Positions 56,925-64,000 of a stretch of 64,000 bases of DNA are shown piece by piece. Within the stretch, counting starts at the first letter, position 1, and every line of letters starts with the position of its first letter. The DNA is taken from IMG/VR virus record IMGVR_UViG_3300032335_000499; one strand, 5' to 3'. The position numbers and the translations under genes are program-made. The stretch is from a virus (Duplodnaviria; Heunggongvirae; Uroviricota; Caudoviricetes). A model generated the notes under the pieces. That model saw nothing but the letters and a program-made list of their open reading frames with translations, searched no databases and was not told where the DNA came from.

Positions 56925-57160
56925 GCAATAAGCTTGAAGCATCTATTTTAAAACTTATCGCTGAACAGTTTGGTTTAGGCAAAGTACATCCTAAAGATCG
57001 TCTCATTGAGGATTTAAAGGGCGATGCATTAGACGCAATTGAACTTGTAATGCGCCTAGAAGAAGAATTTAATGTTCAGATACCTGATGAAAAACTAGAC
57101 TATATCATCACTGTACAGGATGCTATTGATTGCGTTATTAAAAGTAAGCAGTTAGTTTAA
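56921..57160 (+). CDS. acyl carrier protein-like, lacking the conserved Ser
   Basis: EDLKGDALDAIELVMRLEEEFNVQIPDE versus canonical DLGADSLDxVELVMxLEEEF. Confidence 0.85.
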   Translation: MSNKLEASILKLIAEQFGLGKVHPKDRLIEDLKGDALDAIELVMRLEEEFNVQIPDEKLDYIITVQDAIDCVIKSKQLV

Positions 57161-57220
57161 GTACAATAGAATAGAGGTCGTGGTCGTTTCCTGATAAATA
57201 AAGTATAACAGGAAACGAAC

Positions 57221-58006
57221 ATGGCAGCAGACCTTCTAGCAACACCAAATAACCAAGACTTAATTGAGTACAAGCAAGGACTCTTTGAGAACCTTCGTCT
57301 ACGTATGGGCGGCGACATTGTTGACCTCGAACTTGACCCTCAGCACTATGAAGCAGCATATAATTATGCCATCAAGCTTTACCGCCAAAGAGCGCAGAAC
57401 GCTAACATAGAATCATACACACTCTTCACCGTACAGAAGAATGTGTATGAATACACGTTGCCCAGCGAATTCATCAACGTAAGATCCCTGTTCAGACGCA
57501 CAGTAGGGCTTGAGACAGGTCCAAGTTCAACGTCATTTGACCCGTTCTCAAGTGCAATTCTCAATACCTATCTACTGAATTATAACTATACCGGTGGTCT
57601 TGCTACATACGATTTTTATGCAGGCTACGTAGAACTTACAGCACGTATGTTTGGTGGTTATCTTACATATACCTTTAACCCGGTTAGTAAGTTGCTAAAG
57701 GTCACTAGAGACTTCAAAGGAACCGGCGAACGCATTCTTATTTGGGCAGACGTACAACGTCCCGAACTAGAATTGTTACAGGATCCTGGCGCAGGGGTTT
57801 GGATTGGCGACTATATCCTAGCAGTGCTTAAAGGCATCATTGGTGAAGCTCGTGAGAAGTTTCAATCAATTGCAGGTCCTGGTGGCGGAACGTCACTGAA
57901 TGGTGCTGCTATGAAGGCTGAATCCAAAGCAGACCAAGAGCGATTGATAATGGAATTGAAAGCCTACGTAGATTATTCGCAGCCTCTCACTTGGGTACAA
58001 GGTTAA
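57221..58006 (+). CDS. neck protein (T4 gp13-like)
   Basis: LRMGGDIVDLELD, GEAREKF..IAGPGGGTSLNG; GATAAATA upstream. Confidence 0.8.
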   Translation: MAADLLATPNNQDLIEYKQGLFENLRLRMGGDIVDLELDPQHYEAAYNYAIKLYRQRAQNANIESYTLFTVQKNVYEYTLPSEFINVRSLFRRTVGLETGPSSTSFDPFSSAILNTYLLNYNYTGGLATYDFYAGYVELTARMFGGYLTYTFNPVSKLLKVTRDFKGTGERILIWADVQRPELELLQDPGAGVWIGDYILAVLKGIIGEAREKFQSIAGPGGGTSLNGAAMKAESKADQERLIMELKAYVDYSQPLTWVQG

Positions 58007-58009
58007 GGC

Positions 58010-58038
58010 TTGACAACACTCACTTCTTATGTTATAGT
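58010..58038 (+). promoter_or_regulatory. sigma70-type promoter, leaderless geometry
   Basis: TTGACA-N17-TATAGT-N6-ATG. Confidence 0.75.
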
Positions 58039-58044
58039 ATAAGA

Positions 58045-58680
58045 ATGATCATAGGAATAACAGGACTCATCGGTAGCGGCAAAGATACAGCCGCTGACTA
58101 TCTTTGCACATTTCACGGCTTCAAGCGTATGAGCTTTGCTGGTACACTTAAGGATGCTGTTGCAGTTATCTTTAACTGGGACCGTGAACTTCTAGAAGGC
58201 TCAACTAAAGCCAGCCGTGAATGGCGAGAAGAAGTTGACACTTGGTGGGCAGAACGATTGGGCATCCCCAATCTGACTCCCCGCTGGGTACTACAGCAAT
58301 GGGGAACAGATGTTGCCCGCAAGAACTTTCATAATGATATTTGGGTAGCAAGCGTTGAAAATCGCTTGCAGGGTATCAAGGATGATATCGTAATCACTGA
58401 TTGCCGCTTTGCTAATGAAGTAACTGCTATCAAGAATGCAGGAGGTATCACTCTTAGAACTCATCGCGGTGAGGACCCTGATTGGCTTGTAATAGCAGAA
58501 TTGCATAATGAAGCGGATAATGACAAAGATAAAACATATCTTAAAGACCTGCTAGAACAGAATCATAATGTTCATGCTAGCGAATATAGCAGTGTTGGGC
58601 TAGACTACGATTACCACATTGACAATAACGGAACGATTGACTATCTACATACTCAGATGAAATCAATAATCAACCGTTAA
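58045..58680 (+). CDS. deoxynucleoside monophosphate kinase (T4 gp1-like)
   Basis: GLIGSGKDT, TPRWVLQQWGT, ITDCRFANE, HASE. Confidence 0.92.
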   Translation: MIIGITGLIGSGKDTAADYLCTFHGFKRMSFAGTLKDAVAVIFNWDRELLEGSTKASREWREEVDTWWAERLGIPNLTPRWVLQQWGTDVARKNFHNDIWVASVENRLQGIKDDIVITDCRFANEVTAIKNAGGITLRTHRGEDPDWLVIAELHNEADNDKDKTYLKDLLEQNHNVHASEYSSVGLDYDYHIDNNGTIDYLHTQMKSIINR

Positions 58681-59016
58681 GTCACCACGTTTCCAAGTCA
58701 CTTCCTTCTTCTTAACTACTTCGACACAGTTAAGGCAGATAGTTCTTAGATTATTGAAAGCTACATTAGTCAGATTGCCGTCGATATGAAAGACAGTCAT
58801 CTGACTAGGATATAAACTTTTGAAGCCGCACAAGTCACAGTGCGGTTTCTTTTTATATCCAGCCTTTTCCCAGCTAGGCACAATAGGCTTCTTCTTAACT
58901 TTCTTCTTCCCGCAGTTATCACAAATGCGTCGGTAATAGGTTTTACCATTGCGGATATAGTTTATAGCGCAATAGTTCTTATTACATTCCTTACAGATTG
59001 GTCGTTGTATAGGCAT
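58663..59016 (-). CDS. Zn-ribbon/HNH-like protein
   Basis: CKEC, CDNC, CDLCGF, HIDGNLTN...NLRTICLNC. Confidence 0.75.
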   Translation of the reverse strand: MPIQRPICKECNKNYCAINYIRNGKTYYRRICDNCGKKKVKKKPIVPSWEKAGYKKKPHCDLCGFKSLYPSQMTVFHIDGNLTNVAFNNLRTICLNCVEVVKKKEVTWKRGDLTVDY

Positions 59017-59077
59017 CAACTATTTAGTTGGTTTTTACCTTTAAAGGTCCCCCTATACCAGCTTTTTTAATTTATTT

Positions 59078-59085
59078 TATAAATA
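59078..59085 (+). promoter_or_regulatory. T4 late promoter consensus
   Basis: TATAAATA followed by leader hairpin AAGCCCAGA/TCTGGGTTT. Confidence 0.75.
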
Positions 59086-59158
59086 TAGTTACAAGCCCAG
59101 AGAAGTGTATTCTGGGTTTAGGTGGTAAACCTCAGAATCATACAAAGGAAAAAAGAAT

Positions 59159-62100
59159 ATGGCACTAGTATCTCCAGGTGTAGAAGTTACAGTAATCGAT
59201 GAGTCTCAGTATCTTCCAGCCCCAACTAACACAATACCTCTTATTGTGCTTGCGACCGCACAAAACAAAGCTGAACCTTCTGGAGCAGCAGTAGCAGTCG
59301 GCACAACAGCCGCTAACGCCGGCAAGCTCTATCAGGTTACTAGCCAGCGTGATCTAGTCACTCTCTACGGTACTCCATTCTTCTACGAAACTTCAAACGG
59401 TACACCGATTCAGGGTTACGAACTCAATGAATACGGTCTGCTTGCTGCTTACTCTGCACTAGGTATTACTAATCGTGTATTCACCATGAGAGCAGACATT
59501 GATCTTGCAAGTCTTGTAGGTCAAACAGGACGCCCAACTGGTAACCCAGACAACGGCGCGTATTGGCTTGATACTACAACTTCAACTTGGGGTATCTATG
59601 AATTCAACTCAACAACTGGTCAGTTCGCATTACAATCTCCAATTGTAATCAGTTCTGCTGATCAAGTTTCTGGTAATGTTCCTCTTTCTAGTGTAGGACA
59701 AATCGGTGACTATGCAATTGTTGCAATTCCTACATACGACTATCCAAGTGCATCTACTGCGGGAATGTATTTCTATAAGACACCAGCAAATGAATGGGTA
59801 CGTATTGGATCAGCAGACTGGGCTAGTTCTTGGCCAACCATTCAAGCTTCGCAGGTTAACCCAACATTGACTGCCGGTAATGTATTGACACTTAACGCCA
59901 GCGATCAATATGCTTTGGAAGTTACAGTTCAATCTGCTCCAAACAACACTATAGCTGTTATGGCAGCAGACATCAATGCATTTAACTATCCATTCATTTC
60001 AGCAGAGGTTATCAGCGGCAGACTTGTTATCTATTCAGCACAGCTTAATCAGCAGGGCGCTACGGTCAGTCCATTCATTACTGCAACCGGAACCGGAACA
60101 GTTTTAGCTGATTTAGGAATAACCGGTAGTACACCTAATTACGAACCCGCTTTTTTCTGGGGCACTGCATCACAGCAGCCACTATGGCAAGCTGGACAGA
60201 CTGTTCCTCGCCCATCTGGTTCAATATGGGTAAAGGTTGGTTCAGCAGGTAATGGATTAGACTCTGCAATTTCAGAGTGGAGCTCTACTACTTCTTCTTG
60301 GATTCCTAAGACAGTATCTTATTATACTTCAGATTGGGCAGCAATTGCCGCACTAGATGCTAGCGGTGGCGAGAATATCCCAGCAGGAAGTGTTTATGCT
60401 CAATATTTCTTCAACAGCGGTAGTGTTTATAATGGATCAAATCCTAATTCTTACTTACAAGCACCGGTCTACTACTGGGAAAGAATTGCAGAAGGTCCTA
60501 CAGTTATTACTGGTTCAGTATTGAACCCAACATTTACTAGCGGACCATACACTGTTTCAGTAAATACTACTCTTCCAGGAACACTAACATTGTCATCAAC
60601 TTACACAGTGACTATCCCGGATAATGCGACCACAACTGATGTTGTTACTGCTTGGTCAGCGGCTGGAATCCCCTACACTACTTGCACTGTTACTGATGCA
60701 GGAGCGTTGCAAATTACTCATACTGCGGGCGGCGCCATTATTCTAGAAGACTTTAATAGCTCTGCTATCAGCAACGGTTGGATTGAAGAAGCTGGCTTCA
60801 TCATCGGAGATACAACTGGTGTTAAGGAAGGACCATTCGTAGTCACTTCTTTTCAACCAACACAAACTTCAACAACTGGCGTGGGTACTGGTCTACAGAT
60901 TAACGTAAAAAACTACTATGAAACTTACTTAATTAACGCAACCTCATTCGCTAACGACGGAAGTGGTTATGCAGTGGGCGATGAAGTTACATTTAGTGGT
61001 ACACAGCTAGGTGGAACTTCTCCTGCTAATGATTTGACTTGTGTTGTCAATGCGGTCAGCAGTGGCAACGTAACAGAACTCGTTTATCTGAGTGGTGAAG
61101 GTGCAGTCGCATATTCTACTACGTTGTCAAATTGGGTAGAATTCTCAATGACAGCTAACGAAGGTGCTCCAACTGAGGCCCCAGTCAATAACACTAACTG
61201 GTTCTACTCAGTAGTTGACGAAGTTGATATTATGGTTAATACATCAACTGGCTGGGTCGGATACAAAAACACTAACTATGACAGTAGTGGTTTCCCTCAA
61301 CCATCAGGTACAAACACAACTGATCCTAACGGACCACTAGTAAGCGCAAGTGAACCAACAACTCAGAGCGATGGTACTGCACTCGTATACGGTGATATTT
61401 GGATTGATACAAGTGATCTTGAAAATTATCCAATTATCAATCGTTGGCAGTCAGTAGACACTGTTGACAGATGGGTTCGCATCGATAACACTGATCAGAC
61501 CGGTTCTACTGGTGTATTATTTGCTGATGCACGTTGGGCAACTAACGGTACTACTAACCCAGCGAATGATCCGATTCCATCAATTAAGAGCTTGCTAACT
61601 AGCGACTATCTTGATTTGGATGCTCCGACTAACACTTCATACCCAGTAGGTATGCTATTGTTTAACACTCGTCGTTCAGGCTATAACGTTAAGCAGTATC
61701 GTGTAAACTACTTTAACAACGACACCTTCCCTGATGAAACTCTACCAACAGAGAAGGATGCATGGGTAACGGCAAGTGGTCTACAGTCTAACGGTTCTCC
61801 TTATATGGGTCGTAAGGCACAGCGTAACATGGTAGTTCAGGCACTAAGATCAGCAGTTGACACTAACACTGCAATTCGTGATGAAGATAATACTTTCAAC
61901 CTCATTGCTTGCCCCAACTATCCTGAACTTCAGCCTAACATGATTGTGTTGAACGCTGACCGTGGAGAAACAGGATTCATTATTGGTGATACTCCAATGA
62001 GACTCCCGGATGATGCTACAGCAATTCAAGCATGGGCAACTAATGCTGCTGGCGCAACATCGACTGGCGAAGAAGGGCTAGTATCTCGCAGTACTTATAT

Positions 62101-62749
62101 GGGTCTATTCTACCCAAGCGGTATTGCACCGGACTTGAATGGCAATTTAGTTGCAGTTCCTTCATCACACATGATGATCAGAACAATTCTTCGTAATGAC
62201 AATGTTGCTTATCCTTGGTTTGCACCAGCTGGTACTCGTCGTGGTATCATCGATAACGCAACTAATATTGGTTACGTAGACTCAATAACTGGTGAATTCC
62301 AAGTAATCAAGACTAGAATCGGTATTCGTGACGTATTGTATGTGAATCAGATTAACCCAATGGTCTTCTTCACTGGAAACGGATTGCTTAACTATGGTAA
62401 CAAGTCAAGCTTTGCATCAAATTCTGCACTTGACAGAATTAACGTTGCAAGACTTATTGCTTATATCCGTAGACAGCTAACTGTTGCTGCTCGTCCTTTC
62501 GTATTCGAACCAAATGACTCGATTACAAGACAGCAGATTGCAGGTGTCGTAGAAACTCTAATGGTCGACCTAGTCGCTAAGAGAGGTCTCTATGACTATC
62601 TTGTAGTTTGTGATGAGTCAAACAACACTCCGGCTCGTATCGATAGAAATGAACTTTGGGTAGACGTTGCAATTGAACCTGTTAAGGCAATTGAATTCAT
62701 CTACATTCCGGTTCGTGTTCTGAACACCGGTGAGTTGAGCGGCGCATAA
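59159..62749 (+). CDS. contractile tail sheath protein (gp18-like)
   Basis: MALVSPGVEV, PWFAPAG.RRG, DRINVARL, FEPND, CDESNNTP..IDRNEL, PVKAIEFI. Confidence 0.96.
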   Translation: MALVSPGVEVTVIDESQYLPAPTNTIPLIVLATAQNKAEPSGAAVAVGTTAANAGKLYQVTSQRDLVTLYGTPFFYETSNGTPIQGYELNEYGLLAAYSALGITNRVFTMRADIDLASLVGQTGRPTGNPDNGAYWLDTTTSTWGIYEFNSTTGQFALQSPIVISSADQVSGNVPLSSVGQIGDYAIVAIPTYDYPSASTAGMYFYKTPANEWVRIGSADWASSWPTIQASQVNPTLTAGNVLTLNASDQYALEVTVQSAPNNTIAVMAADINAFNYPFISAEVISGRLVIYSAQLNQQGATVSPFITATGTGTVLADLGITGSTPNYEPAFFWGTASQQPLWQAGQTVPRPSGSIWVKVGSAGNGLDSAISEWSSTTSSWIPKTVSYYTSDWAAIAALDASGGENIPAGSVYAQYFFNSGSVYNGSNPNSYLQAPVYYWERIAEGPTVITGSVLNPTFTSGPYTVSVNTTLPGTLTLSSTYTVTIPDNATTTDVVTAWSAAGIPYTTCTVTDAGALQITHTAGGAIILEDFNSSAISNGWIEEAGFIIGDTTGVKEGPFVVTSFQPTQTSTTGVGTGLQINVKNYYETYLINATSFANDGSGYAVGDEVTFSGTQLGGTSPANDLTCVVNAVSSGNVTELVYLSGEGAVAYSTTLSNWVEFSMTANEGAPTEAPVNNTNWFYSVVDEVDIMVNTSTGWVGYKNTNYDSSGFPQPSGTNTTDPNGPLVSASEPTTQSDGTALVYGDIWIDTSDLENYPIINRWQSVDTVDRWVRIDNTDQTGSTGVLFADARWATNGTTNPANDPIPSIKSLLTSDYLDLDAPTNTSYPVGMLLFNTRRSGYNVKQYRVNYFNNDTFPDETLPTEKDAWVTASGLQSNGSPYMGRKAQRNMVVQALRSAVDTNTAIRDEDNTFNLIACPNYPELQPNMIVLNADRGETGFIIGDTPMRLPDDATAIQAWATNAAGATSTGEEGLVSRSTYMGLFYPSGIAPDLNGNLVAVPSSHMMIRTILRNDNVAYPWFAPAGTRRGIIDNATNIGYVDSITGEFQVIKTRIGIRDVLYVNQINPMVFFTGNGLLNYGNKSSFASNSALDRINVARLIAYIRRQLTVAARPFVFEPNDSITRQQIAGVVETLMVDLVAKRGLYDYLVVCDESNNTPARIDRNELWVDVAIEPVKAIEFIYIPVRVLNTGELSGA

Positions 62750-62754
62750 TAAGT

Positions 62755-62785
62755 AAGGTGAGGGGTCATAACGGCCCCTCACTTT
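62755..62785 (+). terminator. hairpin between sheath and tube genes
   Basis: AAGGTGAGGGGTC / GGCCCCTCACTTT; GATAAATA late promoter follows. Confidence 0.6.
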
Positions 62786-62818
62786 AAAAAGATAAATACT
62801 TTTACAGGAGAATATAAA

Positions 62819-63457
62819 ATGGCAACAGCCTCACAATCATTGTTCAATATGACCGTAGCGTCTGATAATGCGGGTGGCAACCAAGGTCTACTAATGCCTA
62901 AACTTCAATTCCGCTTCAGAGTTAACTTTTTGAACTTTGGGGTTGATTCTGATAGTGGACTTCAGTTGACTAAGCAAGTAATTGACTGCTCACGACCAAA
63001 CCTCTCATTCGCTGAAATTCCAATTCAGATATATAACTCAACTTTAAAGTTGGCAGGTAAACATACTTGGGCAGATATGTCTGTTAACATTCGTGACGAT
63101 GCTTCAGGAACCGTTTCGAAAGCAGTTGGTCAACAGCTACAGAAGCAACTTGATTTCGTTGAGCAGGCATCTGCTGCAACTGGTCAAGACTACAAATTCC
63201 AAACAAACGTTGAAATTCTCGACGGTGGTAACGGCGCACTAGCTCCTACTGTTCTTGAAACTTGGGAACTATATGGCTGCTTCTTGAAGTCAGTTAACTA
63301 TAACGCACTTAACTATGGTACTTCTGAAGCAGTAACAATGGCACTTTCAATCGCCTACGATAACGCAGTTCAATCACCTCTTCAATCAGGTGTTGGTACT
63401 TCTGTTGGTCGTGCATTCGGTGGCGCTTCTGTTACAGGTATCGGCGCTACTACCTAA
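62819..63457 (+). CDS. tail tube protein (gp19-like)
   Basis: Follows sheath; PKLQFRFRV, LAGKHTW, WELYGCF, I.YDNA. Confidence 0.88.
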   Translation: MATASQSLFNMTVASDNAGGNQGLLMPKLQFRFRVNFLNFGVDSDSGLQLTKQVIDCSRPNLSFAEIPIQIYNSTLKLAGKHTWADMSVNIRDDASGTVSKAVGQQLQKQLDFVEQASAATGQDYKFQTNVEILDGGNGALAPTVLETWELYGCFLKSVNYNALNYGTSEAVTMALSIAYDNAVQSPLQSGVGTSVGRAFGGASVTGIGATT

Positions 63458-63473
63458 TAATTAGGACAAATTA

Positions 63474-64000
63474 ATGTCACTAGGAAATTGGGGTCAAAGT
63501 TTATTACAGGACGCTGCCGGAGCTTTCTTCGGCAGCGACTACCTCAGAGACTATACCCACGCTTCTAAAACATTCAGAACGAATTCGTATCAGAATGCAC
63601 CGAAGCTTAAATTTCTCTTTCATACATATTTTGATATCAACCCCGATGCATATTCTGTAGATGGAAATTACGGATTGCTGGTTAAAGAAGTTAAGTTACC
63701 TTCGTTCAATGTTCAAACTCAGCAATTAAATCAGTATAATAGAAAACGTATTGTACAGACTAAAATAAGATACGACCCTATTGAAATAACGTTCCATGAC
63801 GATAATAACAACCAAGCAACAAAGCTTTGGGAAGCATATTATACTTACTACTATAACGATGCTAATAAGCCTGGTATAGTTTTCGCCGGCAACAGAGGCG
63901 GCTCCGGTAGTTCAAGTGGCAAATTATATAATAATAATAATATCTATGACACTTCAATTAGCGGCGACGATGATTGGGGCTTTACAGGTGGTCAAACAGA
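63474..64000 (+). CDS. tail-tube-related baseplate protein (gp48/gp54-like), 3'-truncated
   Basis: LRDYTHASKTF...APKLKFLFH...VKLPSF...NQYNRKR...ITFHDD; open to the window end. Confidence 0.65.
   Translation, partial: MSLGNWGQSLLQDAAGAFFGSDYLRDYTHASKTFRTNSYQNAPKLKFLFHTYFDINPDAYSVDGNYGLLVKEVKLPSFNVQTQQLNQYNRKRIVQTKIRYDPIEITFHDDNNNQATKLWEAYYTYYYNDANKPGIVFAGNRGGSGSSSGKLYNNNNIYDTSISGDDDWGFTGGQT

Noticed and set aside
1-64000. Stop-codon reassignment, tRNA or rRNA genes
   Set aside because: Core genes are full length in the standard code; intergenic gaps are short and I saw no cloverleaf or T-loop signature (a tRNAscan run would confirm)

Overview
A 64-kb, gene-dense segment of a large lytic T4-like myovirus genome; no host DNA, integrase, rRNA, tRNA or CRISPR array was recognised. 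It encodes T4-type replication and recombination proteins (gp32 SSB, UvsX, UvsY, UvsW, primase, gp41 helicase), the terminase large subunit, neck/tail proteins (gp13-, gp14-, gp15-like, sheath, tube, fibre), spanins and many auxiliary metabolic genes (DHFR, ThyA, epimerase, DegT, APRT, nucleosidase, deformylase, 2OG-Fe(II) oxygenases, MazG, dNMP kinase, ACP-like). Two promoter classes are visible: sigma70-type (TTGACA-N17-TAnnnT) and T4-late-like (TAAATA). The spanin pair implies a Gram-negative host. Most notable: (1) a 188-aa miniature DnaE that keeps all three catalytic aspartates, coupled to a DEDDh exonuclease; (2) a Pol-beta-type nucleotidyltransferase plus a KxDG ligase-fold enzyme, both with capsid-targeting/protease-site-like N-termini, suggesting virion-delivered enzymes; (3) about 11 small paralogues sharing a C-terminal F-x-x-E-x-D-x-x-x-F-x-L-x-W motif; (4) an ACP whose phosphopantetheine serine is replaced by alanine, coupled to MazG; (5) systematic leaderless-mRNA geometry; (6) structured RNA leaders and an HNH cassette flanked by a duplicated promoter. 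All calls come from motif recognition by eye; no database searches were run.
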